From contig NZ_CP147990.1 of assembly GCF_037902255.1 (NCBI RefSeq), forward strand, positions 1,560,001 to 1,592,000: DNA of 32,000 bases, in the 5' to 3' direction. The notes below the pieces were generated by a model. That model searched no databases. It worked only from the letters and a program-made list of their open reading frames with translations, and was not told the DNA's origin. Both the position numbers and the translations under genes were made by a program. Positions 17,057 to 26,332 of this stretch are shown here, piece by piece (position 1 is the first letter of the stretch; each line of letters begins with the position of its first letter). The DNA is from Candidatus Electrothrix sp. GW3-4 (GTDB lineage: Bacteria; Desulfobacterota; Desulfobulbia; Desulfobulbales; Desulfobulbaceae).

Positions 17057-17144
17057 CTTTCAACCATTGATGCAGTAAACAGCGCTGTCTCCAGTTTAGT
17101 CTTTGGGGTACTGGCAGCAACTATATGATATAAAGAGGATAAAA

Positions 17145-19550
17145 ATGGAATTTGACGACTCGTTATCAGCCAGTATGGATGATTTCGCAGAAAACACCCA
17201 AGATATAGATATACCGGAAGAGCTGCCCATGATGGCGGTTCGGGACGTAGTTGTTTTCAACTATATGATACTGCCCCTGTTTGTAGGCAGACCCGGTTCT
17301 GTCTCTGCGGTAAATGAGGCCATGGAAGGCGATAAACTGCTGATGTTGGTCACCCAGAAAGATGCAACCAGTGACGAGCCGGAGCCGGATGATCTGTATA
17401 AGGTCGGCATGGTTTCCATGATTATGCGGACCTTGAAATTACCGGATGGTCGCCTGAAGGTCTTAGTGCAGGCCCTGTCCAAGGCAGAAATCAAATCCTA
17501 TGAGCAGCAAAAACCCCATTTCCGGGTCAATATAGGGCTGATTGAAGAGGAGGTAGCCGAGGAGGTCACCGTAGAAGTGGAGGCCTTGATGCGTCTTGTG
17601 CGGGAGCAGACTGAGAAGATTATGTCCTTGCGCGGAGTGCTTTCTGCTGACCTGATGGCGATCGTCAATAATATCGAAGAACCAGGACGACTTGCTGATC
17701 TGGTGGGCTCTAATCTTCGACTCAAGGTTGCTGAATCGCAAAAGATTCTTGAGACAGCACATCCTGTGGAACGCCTGCGTTTGGTGGCGGATTTGCTGAA
17801 TAAGGAGATGGAGGTTGCCACGGTTCAGGCAAAAATTCAGTCCGACGCCAAGGAGGAGATGTCACGCTCGCAACGGGAGTACTTTCTCCGTGAGCAGATG
17901 CAGGCCTTGAAAAAAGAACTGGGCGATGACGATGCCTACTCAGAAGAAATTGAGGAGTTGGGCAAAAGGATCAAGAAGAAAAAGATGCCCAAGTACGCCC
18001 GCAAAGAGGCACGTAAGGAATTGAAGCGTCTTGAAATGATGCATCCAGATGCCTCAGAGGCCAATATCATTCGGACCTATATCGAGTGGATTGTTGATCT
18101 GCCCTGGAAAAAATCCTCCAAGGATATTCTTGACCTGGAAAAAGCTGCCCAGGTGCTGGATGAAGATCATTATGGATTGGAGAGGATTAAGGAACGCATC
18201 CTTGAGTTTCTCGCTGTGCGCAAACTGAATAATGATACCAAGGGGCCTATTCTCTGTTTTGCCGGTCCTCCTGGTGTGGGTAAGACATCATTAGGTCAGG
18301 CTGTTGCTAAGGCAATGGGGCGCAAATTTTATCGCTTATCTCTTGGGGGGATGCGGGATGAAGCTGAGATCAGAGGGCATCGTCGGACCTATATCGGTGC
18401 CATGCCTGGTCGCATCCTTCAAGGGCTCAAAAATGTTGGGACCAATAATCCCGTCTTTATGATGGACGAGATCGATAAGATCGGCTCAGATTATCGGGGC
18501 GACCCTTCTTCTGCCCTGTTAGAGGTCCTTGATCCTGAGCAGAACGATACCTTTTCCGACCATTATATGAACATGCCGTTTGATCTTTCCAAGGTCATGT
18601 TTATCACCACGGCTAATCGGACTGACACCATTCCAGGTCCGCTGATGGACAGGATGGAGGTCATCCGGCTTGCTGGTTATACATTGGAAGAGAAGACGGT
18701 TATTGCAAGAAGATACCTCTTACCGAGACAGGTTAAGGAGAATGGGATTAAACAGAGTCTCATAAAAATGAACGATGAGACCCTGGAGTTGATCATCACC
18801 CATTATACCCTGGAGGCCGGTGTAAGAAATCTAGAGCGTGAGCTCGGTAAGGTCTGTCGTAAGCTGGCGCGGAAAATTGCCGAAGGCGGTAAGGGCCCGT
18901 ATACGATCTCGCAAAATACCCTGAAAAAATATTTAGGACCACCCAAGTATCTGCCGGAAACCGAGCTGGATACCCTACAGCAACCTGGTTTGGCTATCGG
19001 CCTTGCCTGGACCTCGGTTGGTGGGGCTCTTTTGCATATCGAGACCTCTGTGCTTCCTGGCAAGGGTAAATTGATCTTGACCGGCCAGCTGGGGGATGTG
19101 ATGAAGGAATCAGCCCAGGCTGCCCTGACCTATTGCCGGAGTCGGAGCAAGGCGCTTGGTGTAACTAATGAATACTTCGATACTATTGATGTTCATGTTC
19201 ATGTCCCTGCCGGAGCGATCCCTAAGGATGGTCCTTCAGCCGGTATTACCATGACCACAGCACTGTGCTCTGCAATTACAGGGAACATGCTGAAAAAAGG
19301 TGTAGCTATGACCGGTGAGGTGACCTTGCGTGGTCGGGTGCTTCCCATCGGAGGATTGAAAGAAAAGGCCCTTGCTGCCCTGCGGGCTGGTATCAAAAAA
19401 ATTATCATTCCTTATGATAATGAAAAGGATTTGGTGGAGATCCCCGAAGAAATGCGCAAGAAGCTTTCTTTTTTTCCTGTGAAGCATATGGATGAGGTTA
19501 TTGAGCATGCCCTAGGCGATTTGAAGAAATCTACTGCCAAAAAAAAATAA
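17145..19550 (+). CDS. lon: ATP-dependent Lon protease.
   Basis: ATG 17145 follows AAGAGGA. The Walker A is GPPGVGKTS and the catalytic-Ser motif is KDGPSAG. The LON N-terminal domain contains PLFVGRP. The product is 801 aa. Confidence 0.95.
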   Translation: MEFDDSLSASMDDFAENTQDIDIPEELPMMAVRDVVVFNYMILPLFVGRPGSVSAVNEAMEGDKLLMLVTQKDATSDEPEPDDLYKVGMVSMIMRTLKLPDGRLKVLVQALSKAEIKSYEQQKPHFRVNIGLIEEEVAEEVTVEVEALMRLVREQTEKIMSLRGVLSADLMAIVNNIEEPGRLADLVGSNLRLKVAESQKILETAHPVERLRLVADLLNKEMEVATVQAKIQSDAKEEMSRSQREYFLREQMQALKKELGDDDAYSEEIEELGKRIKKKKMPKYARKEARKELKRLEMMHPDASEANIIRTYIEWIVDLPWKKSSKDILDLEKAAQVLDEDHYGLERIKERILEFLAVRKLNNDTKGPILCFAGPPGVGKTSLGQAVAKAMGRKFYRLSLGGMRDEAEIRGHRRTYIGAMPGRILQGLKNVGTNNPVFMMDEIDKIGSDYRGDPSSALLEVLDPEQNDTFSDHYMNMPFDLSKVMFITTANRTDTIPGPLMDRMEVIRLAGYTLEEKTVIARRYLLPRQVKENGIKQSLIKMNDETLELIITHYTLEAGVRNLERELGKVCRKLARKIAEGGKGPYTISQNTLKKYLGPPKYLPETELDTLQQPGLAIGLAWTSVGGALLHIETSVLPGKGKLILTGQLGDVMKESAQAALTYCRSRSKALGVTNEYFDTIDVHVHVPAGAIPKDGPSAGITMTTALCSAITGNMLKKGVAMTGEVTLRGRVLPIGGLKEKALAALRAGIKKIIIPYDNEKDLVEIPEEMRKKLSFFPVKHMDEVIEHALGDLKKSTAKKK

Positions 19551-19591
19551 TTTTGTCCACAGCACATTGACGCCCTGCGGATACGAAGAAA

Positions 19592-19613
19592 ATTGGAAAA
19601 CGATTGGAAAACG
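19592..19613 (+). repeat. Two perfect tandem copies of an 11-bp unit in the leader or promoter region of the methyl-cycle cluster.
   Basis: attggaaaacg occurs at 19592-19602 and 19603-19613. It lies just downstream of a TTGACG hexamer (19567-19572) and 87-108 nt upstream of ATG 19700. Confidence 0.85.
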
Positions 19614-19699
19614 AATTCTCCCTGCCAAGGGTGGGGACATGCTGAGATGATGAAGACAGTATGCTGTAAGCAGCAAGGAACTGGTCCTGAGGCCTTGCA

Positions 19700-21577
19700 A
19701 TGAAGCCGCCTTTTATTGAATATGTCCAGAGTCATGTAGTGCTGGGGGATGGTGCGCTCGGCTCCTACCTCTTTGAACGTGGGGTCGAACGAGGACGAAA
19801 TTTGGACCTGTTAAATGTACAGGCCCCTGATGTGATTTTTAATGCCCATGAAGAGTATATTCGGGCAGGAAGCCAGCTGATTGAGACCAATACCTTTGGT
19901 GCCAACAGGTTCAAGCTGCGTGAGTCCGGGGCAGAGGAGCGGGTCGAAGAGATTAACCGGGCCGGGGCAGAGATAGCTGTGAAGGCGGCAGGGCACCAGG
20001 TGTATGTTGCTGGCTCTGTTGGTCCGTCGGGGATTAATTTTCCCTGTGACGACGAGGAGTTCACCGCAGATGATATTTGTGAAAGCCTGCGTGAGCAGAT
20101 ACGGGGATTGGCAGCGGGCGGCGTTGATGTCTTGATTATAGAGACCTTTTCCCGTCTTGATGAGGTCTTACTTGCCATTGAAGTTGCTCACAGCGAAGCA
20201 CCTGAGCTTCCTGTTATCGGTCAGATGGTCTTTCCGGCCCGGGGGACTACGGTCCAAGGAGATGATGCCCTGACCTGCGGCAGGGCTATGATTAAGGCCG
20301 GAGCTGCTATGGTGGGGACGAATTGCGGGCGCGGTATTGATGCTATGGTTTCGGCCATTGGCAGGATGGCCAGCTTGGCAGGCGAGGGCATTCCGCTCTC
20401 TGCCTTTCCCAATGCTGGTCTACCAGAGCTGGTTGGGCATCGGATGATATATCCGGCACAGCCTGGATATATGGCGTCCAGAGCTAAGGAGATGATTCGC
20501 AAGGGAGTACATCTCATTGGGGGCTGCTGTGGTACAGCTCCTTCCCATATTCAGGAATTTCGTTCTGCCCTGAAGATCAAACCAGTGCGTATCCAGCTCC
20601 AGGACGTGGAGATTCAGGAAAAGGTCCGGGATGATATTCTCCCAGAACCACGGAACGGTGGTTTTTTGGAAACCCTTCAGCCGGGACGCCTGCCCATTAT
20701 TGCGGAGCTGGATCCTCCTACCCATCTGGATGCAGAATCTGTTTTGCTCGGGGCTGAGCGCTTGGCCAAGGCCGGAGTAGATGCCATCTCTCTTGGTGAG
20801 AATCCGCTGGCCATCCTGCGGGCTGGAAACCTTGGCATGGCCTCCCTGATTCGGCAACGGACCGGCGTTCAGGCTATTATTCACCAAACCGGACGCGATA
20901 TCAATGCGTTGGGGCTCCAGTCCCGGATGATGGAAGCGTATTTGCTCGGGATAGAAGCTGTACTGGCCGTTTCCGGGGACTCGGCAGCTGGTACGGATCA
21001 GCCAGGAGTGAGTGGCGTTTTTGACTTGCGTTCTGCTGGCTTGATCCAGATGCTTGATAGTCTCAACCGGGGAATGAATATGGCAGGACGTCCTCTGAAA
21101 CAGCAGACCAATTTCTCTATTGGTGCGGCCTTCAGTTTCCGTCCTGCCTCTCCTGACCTGCAAATCAGGCGCCTTGAGAAAAAAACTGCTTACGGTGCCC
21201 GCTACGCCATGACCCAGCCCCTTTTTTCTGCTGACGAGATAGAGCAGATGATGGAGCAGGTGCAGCATATCGATATCCCTATATTTACGGGTATATTCCC
21301 GCTTATCTCCTCTCGCAATGCCGAGTTTCTTCATAATGAAGTTCCTGGAATTTATGTCCCCGTGGAGCTGCGCAAGCAACTTGCTCGTTTTGAAGAAGTC
21401 TCTGATCAGCGCAAGGTCGCTTTGGAATATACCACCGGGCTGTTAGAAAAGATTTCATCCTTTATTGACGGATTATACCTGATCAGTCCGCTTAATAAAT
21501 GGGATATTATCCTTGATTTCGTTGTTCAAGCTCGTCAGGCGGGTTGGAAGGGCAGCGGACGAGTGGACCGGCTGTGA
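19700..21577 (+). CDS. Bifunctional protein joining a homocysteine S-methyltransferase domain to 5,10-methylenetetrahydrofolate reductase (YitJ-like fusion).
   Basis: The N-terminal half has Hcy-binding domain features (IETNTFGAN, GTNCG, GGCCGT zinc-Cys motif). The C-terminal half is MetF/MTHFR-like. At 625 aa, it is similar in size to Bacillus YitJ. Confidence 0.8.
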   Translation: MKPPFIEYVQSHVVLGDGALGSYLFERGVERGRNLDLLNVQAPDVIFNAHEEYIRAGSQLIETNTFGANRFKLRESGAEERVEEINRAGAEIAVKAAGHQVYVAGSVGPSGINFPCDDEEFTADDICESLREQIRGLAAGGVDVLIIETFSRLDEVLLAIEVAHSEAPELPVIGQMVFPARGTTVQGDDALTCGRAMIKAGAAMVGTNCGRGIDAMVSAIGRMASLAGEGIPLSAFPNAGLPELVGHRMIYPAQPGYMASRAKEMIRKGVHLIGGCCGTAPSHIQEFRSALKIKPVRIQLQDVEIQEKVRDDILPEPRNGGFLETLQPGRLPIIAELDPPTHLDAESVLLGAERLAKAGVDAISLGENPLAILRAGNLGMASLIRQRTGVQAIIHQTGRDINALGLQSRMMEAYLLGIEAVLAVSGDSAAGTDQPGVSGVFDLRSAGLIQMLDSLNRGMNMAGRPLKQQTNFSIGAAFSFRPASPDLQIRRLEKKTAYGARYAMTQPLFSADEIEQMMEQVQHIDIPIFTGIFPLISSRNAEFLHNEVPGIYVPVELRKQLARFEEVSDQRKVALEYTTGLLEKISSFIDGLYLISPLNKWDIILDFVVQARQAGWKGSGRVDRL

Positions 21578-21632
21578 GTAGCCGCATAGCTCATCGTTAA
21601 CACTCTACTTTAAATTTATTACGGAGCTTTTT

Positions 21633-22796
21633 ATGTCAAGTCATCTTTTTACATCAGAATCTGTTTCCGAAGGCCATCCTGACAAGGTGGCTGATCAGAT
21701 TTCTGATGCCATTCTGGATGCCATTCTGGAGCAGGATGCCCATGCCCGTGTAGCCTGCGAGAGCTTGGTAACCACTGGTCTAGCCATGATTGCCGGAGAA
21801 ATCACCACTTCTGCCTGGGTCGACATGCCCGAGATAGTCCGACAGACTATCCGTGGCATTGGCTATAATTCTTCGGACATGGGGTTTGACTGGCAGTCCT
21901 GTGCCGTTATGACTTCTATTGATAAGCAATCGCCTGATATTGCGCAGGGAGTTAATGAGGGAACGGGGCTTGATCTGGATCAGGGGGCTGGTGATCAGGG
22001 GTTGATGTTCGGCTATGCCTGTGATGAAACCAAGGTTCTTATGCCTATGCCCATCACCTATGCACATCGTCTGGTAAAGCAGCAATCTGAGGTCCGTAAG
22101 AACAAAGTGCTCCCTTGGCTCCGTCCTGATGCCAAGAGCCAGGTGACCATTCAATATGAAGATAACGTGCCCAAGCGCATTGAGGCAGTGGTTGTTTCCA
22201 CCCAGCATAGCCCGGATGTTTCCTATGCTGATTTGAAAGAAGGCATGATGGAGGAGGTCATCAAACCGACCTTGCCAGCAGATATGATTGACGAGAACAC
22301 CAAGTACTTCATTAACCCCACTGGCCGTTTTGTTATTGGTGGCCCAGTAGGAGACTGCGGGGTGACTGGTCGTAAGATCATTGTCGATTCCTATGGTGGT
22401 CGCGGCTCTCACGGTGGTGGTGCCTTTTCAGGCAAGGATCCCTCCAAGGTAGATCGTTCTTCCTCCTACATGGGCCGTTACGTGGCCAAGAATATTGTTG
22501 CTGCCGGACTGGCATCCACCGTTGAGGTACAGGTCGCCTATGCTATTGGAATTGCCAGGCCGGTTTCCATCAATGTGAATACCTTTGGAACCGGTAAGGT
22601 TTCTGAAGAGCGTCTGGTTCAGCTGGTTGAAGAGGTCTTTGACCTGCGTCCGAAGGCGATTATTCAGCAGCTTAACTTGCTTCGTCCTATTTATCTAGGT
22701 ACCGCTGCTTATGGTCATTTCGGCCGCGAGCTGCCTGATTTCACCTGGGAGCGGACTGATAAGGCTGAGGAGCTGAAGAGCGCAGCAGGAATCTAA
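21633..22796 (+). CDS. metK: S-adenosylmethionine synthetase.
   Basis: Motifs are [26 protein letters not shown] and [16 protein letters not shown]. The product is 387 aa. The RBS is ACGGAG. Confidence 0.96.
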   Translation: MSSHLFTSESVSEGHPDKVADQISDAILDAILEQDAHARVACESLVTTGLAMIAGEITTSAWVDMPEIVRQTIRGIGYNSSDMGFDWQSCAVMTSIDKQSPDIAQGVNEGTGLDLDQGAGDQGLMFGYACDETKVLMPMPITYAHRLVKQQSEVRKNKVLPWLRPDAKSQVTIQYEDNVPKRIEAVVVSTQHSPDVSYADLKEGMMEEVIKPTLPADMIDENTKYFINPTGRFVIGGPVGDCGVTGRKIIVDSYGGRGSHGGGAFSGKDPSKVDRSSSYMGRYVAKNIVAAGLASTVEVQVAYAIGIARPVSINVNTFGTGKVSEERLVQLVEEVFDLRPKAIIQQLNLLRPIYLGTAAYGHFGRELPDFTWERTDKAEELKSAAGI

Positions 22797-22838
22797 AAAA
22801 TCTCCTGTTCATTTTCAACTGTTTTTTGTATATTTGAT

Positions 22839-22876
22839 GCCGGGCGGTGTTTCCTCTGCTGCTCGGCTTTTTTTTC
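22839..22876 (+). terminator. Rho-independent terminator after metK.
   Basis: gccgggcgg (22839-22847) pairs with ctgctcggc (22859-22867), 9 bp including two G-U pairs. A T9 run (22868-22876) follows. Confidence 0.65.
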
Positions 22877-22963
22877 TGATCTCCGTTGCAGAGATGATCG
22901 TCTTTGTCGATGGAGCATCATCTTGTTACCTAGCCTAATTATCCTATGGGAGTGCGTTATATA

Positions 22964-24250
22964 ATGAATGATTATAAAGTGGCGGATATGAGCCTTGCTG
23001 AATGGGGACGCAAGGAAATCGCTATTGCAGAGACAGAGATGCCCGGCCTGATGGCCCTGCGCGAGGAATACGGCAAGGATAAGCCCTTGCAAGGCGCCCG
23101 CATTGCTGGCTGCCTTCATATGACCATCCAGACCGCTGTCCTGATGGAGACTCTGGTTGAGTTGGGGGCAGACCTGCGTTGGTCTTCCTGTAATATTTTT
23201 TCCACCCAGGATCAGGCGGCAGCAGCTATGGCCAAGGCCGGGATTCCTACCTTTGCCTGGAAGGGTGAGACCGAAGAGGAGTTCTGGTGGTGCATTGAAC
23301 AGACTATTTTCGGATCTGATGGTTGGACGCCCAATATGATCCTGGATGATGGTGGCGACCTGACTCAGATTATGCATGAGAAGTATCCAAAAATGATGAA
23401 GGATATTCGCGGAATATCTGAGGAAACCACTACCGGCGTTCATCGGCTCAATGAGATGGCCAAGGCTGGAACACTGCTTTCCCCGGCCATTAATGTCAAT
23501 GATTCAGTAACAAAATCAAAATTTGATAACCTCTATGGCTGCCGTGAGTCCTTGATCGATGGTATTAAGCGGGCTACCGATGTGATGGTTGCCGGTAAGA
23601 TCGGGGTGGTTGTCGGCTATGGGGATGTGGGCAAGGGCTGTGCTCAGGCCCTGCGCGGCATGGGAGCCATCGTCTATGTTACAGAGGTTGATCCCATCTG
23701 TGCCCTGCAGGCAGCAATGGAAGGCTTTAAGGTCGTGACCATGGAAGAGGCCGCCTCTGTTGGTGATATCTTTGTCACCTGCACTGGTAACCTGAAGGTC
23801 ATCACCAGGGCCCATATGGATCAGATGAAGGACCAGGCTATTGTCTGCAATATTGGTCATTTTGACTCTGAAATCGATATTGCCGGTCTGAAAGATCTGG
23901 AGTGGGAAAATATCAAACCGCAGGTGGATCATGTGATCTTTCCGGACGGCAAACGGATCATTGTGCTGGCTGAAGGCCGATTGGTGAATCTCGGCTGTGC
24001 AACCGGTCACCCCAGCTTTGTGATGAGTAATTCTTTCACGAACCAGGTCCTGGCCCAGATTGAGTTATGGAATAACTACACCCTTTATGAAAATCAGGTC
24101 TATTTTCTGCCGAAAAAGCTTGATGAAATGGTGGCCCGCCTGCATTTGGCAAAGATAGACGCTCATTTGACGGTCCTGAATAAAGAGCAGGCCGATTACA
24201 TAGGCGTTGATGTTGAAGGCCCCTATAAGCCGGAATATTATCGCTATTGA
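22964..24250 (+). CDS. ahcY: Adenosylhomocysteinase (S-adenosyl-L-homocysteine hydrolase).
   Basis: [19 protein letters not shown] is a typical N-terminus. Other motifs are [16 protein letters not shown], the NAD-binding [10 protein letters not shown], and a C-terminal YRY. ATG 22964 follows GGGAG. Confidence 0.95.
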   Translation: MNDYKVADMSLAEWGRKEIAIAETEMPGLMALREEYGKDKPLQGARIAGCLHMTIQTAVLMETLVELGADLRWSSCNIFSTQDQAAAAMAKAGIPTFAWKGETEEEFWWCIEQTIFGSDGWTPNMILDDGGDLTQIMHEKYPKMMKDIRGISEETTTGVHRLNEMAKAGTLLSPAINVNDSVTKSKFDNLYGCRESLIDGIKRATDVMVAGKIGVVVGYGDVGKGCAQALRGMGAIVYVTEVDPICALQAAMEGFKVVTMEEAASVGDIFVTCTGNLKVITRAHMDQMKDQAIVCNIGHFDSEIDIAGLKDLEWENIKPQVDHVIFPDGKRIIVLAEGRLVNLGCATGHPSFVMSNSFTNQVLAQIELWNNYTLYENQVYFLPKKLDEMVARLHLAKIDAHLTVLNKEQADYIGVDVEGPYKPEYYRY

Positions 24251-24343
24251 TCTTTGATATATTTGATGTCGACGAGGTCGTAGCCTGTACTACGCAGCTG
24301 TAATATCTTATTCTTATGCGTGGAACCGATTCGGCTTCGGCTG

Positions 24344-24385
24344 AAAGGCACAGGGAGTTTTCCTGTGCCTTTGTTGCTTCTTCTC
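24344..24385 (+). terminator. Rho-independent terminator after ahcY.
   Basis: aaaggcacagg (24344-24354) pairs with cctgtgccttt (24362-24372), a perfect 11 bp, across a 7-nt loop. A T-rich tail follows. Confidence 0.7.
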
Positions 24386-24475
24386 CTCTGTTGTTGCGTC
24401 ATTTATAGGTAACCAGCGCCTCCTGGTGATGTTTTTTTCGCCAGAGCCGATAAAGAGTATTTTCACGAACCATCC

Positions 24476-26332
24476 ATGTCCTTTCCGAAGTTTTTAGCTG
24501 TTGCCTGCCCAGGGCTTGTGGTCTTTTTTCTTCTCAGCTTTTCTTCTGGTTTGGCACATATTGATGAGGAAGCGGAAGATACAGTACCAAGTATCCCGGC
24601 AACAGACATGCAGCCGCTGCAGCAAAATCTGTTCTGGCTCCTCGAAAACAACCCCTCTGTTAGATTCTCCCTTATCATTCAGCAGCAGAAGGCATCTCAA
24701 GAATTGGATGCTTTCCTGTATACTTTTTATCAGGAGAATACCTTCGTTCCCTACTGGGTGACAGAATATGGCCCAACCCGGAGGGCCCATATCCTGCTTT
24801 CTGTCCTCCGTCGGGTTGATGAGGAAGGACTGAATCTTGAGCGATACCGGATCACTGAGTTGACAACCCTCCTGGTGAGCAGAGAGACAAAGGATCTTGC
24901 CCAGCTTGATCTTATGCTAACCTTCGCCTTATATACCTATCTGGGTGATATGCTGGAAGGAGCTGCTGCCCCTTGCCTGCTTGAGCCAAATTTGTTTGCT
25001 GCTGCCCGTTTAACGATTGCCAATCGCCATGCGATGCTCCGACAGGCAGTGAACGTCCCTGATTTACGTCATTTCTTAAAGAATCTATCACCGCATCATT
25101 ATGATTATCAGTCTTTGAAAAAAACATTGGCCAGCTACAGGAAGCTGGCTGAGCAGGGGGGATGGCCTGAAATTCCTGCCGGGCAGGTCCTCAGGCCGGG
25201 GATGACAGACCCTAGGTTGCGAGTGCTGGCTGAACGGTTATTTATTACTGGTGATCTGAAAGATTTTTCCATTATACCACCACCTCCCCTAATTGCCCTC
25301 CCCAGACCTTTTCCAGGGCCGGTAGCAGTCTCCGAGCAAATTGTTCTCAGAGAGGCATTGCTTCCACCAGCATGGTGGTCAGTTCCTGCTGCCCTGCCTG
25401 CTTCTCCTCTCCTGTACAGTCAGGCCATGTTTCGCGCTGTGCAGCATTTTCAGCAGCGCTATAATCTGGAGCAGGATGGTGTCATCGGCAAGATGACCTT
25501 AGAGGCGTTGAATTTGCCGGTTAAGGATCATATCCAGAAGATTATTCTCAATATGGAACGCTGGCGCTGGCTGCCCCATCAACTTGAGGGACGGCGTATT
25601 CTGGTAAATATCGCAGGGTTTCGTCTTGTTGGCATGAATGACCGCACGGTTGAGATCACCATGCCGGTGATTGTTGGTAAGGTACAGCATAAGACCCCGA
25701 TTTTTAATCATGTGATGACCTATATTGAGGTAAATCCTTATTGGAATATCCCTCCTTCCATTGCCCGTAATGAAATAGTCGCTAAGGTCCTGGAAAATCC
25801 CTTTTATCTGCGAGAGCAGCGTATTCGTATCTTTGCTGACTGGCAGGAGGGGGCATCAGAGGTTATGCCGGAAAGTATTGACTGGGCAAGTATAGGGCGT
25901 GGAATCAACCAGTTTCATCTCCGGCAGGAGCCTGGCCCTGGGAACGCCCTGGGCACGATTAAATTTATGTTCCCCAATAATAATAATGTGTACATGCATG
26001 ATACCCCGACGCATAGTCTGTTTAAACGGGCCAAGCGCGCCTTTAGTCATGGATGTATCCGCTTGAGTCGCCCGTTGGATTTCGCCGACTATATTCTCAA
26101 GAACGATTACCAGATGGTTTCCCGAGAACAGCTGAAAGCGCAGATTACCAGCAAAGAACGAAAGGTGTTTGTCTTGAATCAACCCCTGCCTGTACATCTT
26201 ATTTATCGGACATCCCGGGTTGATCGTAAGACAGGAACAGCGTATTTCTATGATGATATCTACGGTCGAGATGCCCGGTTAGCAGAGGCCTTATTCCCTG
26301 ATCAGGAGATTAAATGTAGGTTTTCTTATTAA
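24476..26332 (+). CDS. L,D-transpeptidase (YcbB/LdtD-like) with a peptidoglycan-binding domain.
   Basis: The signal-like N-terminus is MSFPKFLAVACPGLVVFFLLSF. The PG-binding motif is VQHFQQRYNLEQDGVIGKMTLEALN. The YkuD catalytic motif is HDTPTHSLFKRAKRAFSHGCIRL. The product is 618 aa. Confidence 0.88.
   Translation: MSFPKFLAVACPGLVVFFLLSFSSGLAHIDEEAEDTVPSIPATDMQPLQQNLFWLLENNPSVRFSLIIQQQKASQELDAFLYTFYQENTFVPYWVTEYGPTRRAHILLSVLRRVDEEGLNLERYRITELTTLLVSRETKDLAQLDLMLTFALYTYLGDMLEGAAAPCLLEPNLFAAARLTIANRHAMLRQAVNVPDLRHFLKNLSPHHYDYQSLKKTLASYRKLAEQGGWPEIPAGQVLRPGMTDPRLRVLAERLFITGDLKDFSIIPPPPLIALPRPFPGPVAVSEQIVLREALLPPAWWSVPAALPASPLLYSQAMFRAVQHFQQRYNLEQDGVIGKMTLEALNLPVKDHIQKIILNMERWRWLPHQLEGRRILVNIAGFRLVGMNDRTVEITMPVIVGKVQHKTPIFNHVMTYIEVNPYWNIPPSIARNEIVAKVLENPFYLREQRIRIFADWQEGASEVMPESIDWASIGRGINQFHLRQEPGPGNALGTIKFMFPNNNNVYMHDTPTHSLFKRAKRAFSHGCIRLSRPLDFADYILKNDYQMVSREQLKAQITSKERKVFVLNQPLPVHLIYRTSRVDRKTGTAYFYDDIYGRDARLAEALFPDQEIKCRFSY

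Noticed and set aside
16855-17144. A sigma32-type heat-shock promoter or a CIRCE element upstream of lon.
   Set aside because: CTTGA is present, but there is no CCCCAT-like -10 at the right spacing. There is no TTAGCACTC-N9-GAGTGCTAA inverted repeat. Only a weak sigma70-like candidate is reported.
20420-21379. A 319-aa minus-strand ORF inside the Hcy-methyltransferase/MTHFR gene. Similar long antisense ORFs occur at 68..529, 7838..8560, 10293..10988, 11572..11943, 12025..12414, 14193..14687, 15440..15856, 21780..22412, 22793..23443, 23516..24010, 28170..28682 and 29537..29890.
   Set aside because: I checked the phase. Each of these lies in the exact codon-complementary register of a well-supported gene on the other strand. 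In that register, stops arise only from sense TTA, CTA or TCA codons, which are rare here. Their translations are Arg/Ser/Leu-rich with no recognisable motifs or RBS. They are shadow ORFs, not overlapping genes.
22877-22963. A canonical SAH riboswitch upstream of ahcY. SAM-I or SAM-II riboswitches upstream of the methyl-cycle genes (19551-19699, 21578-21632).
   Set aside because: The conserved core strings I remember for these classes are not present, and the metK leader is only 55 nt. This cannot be excluded without a covariance-model scan, so only generic hairpins are reported.
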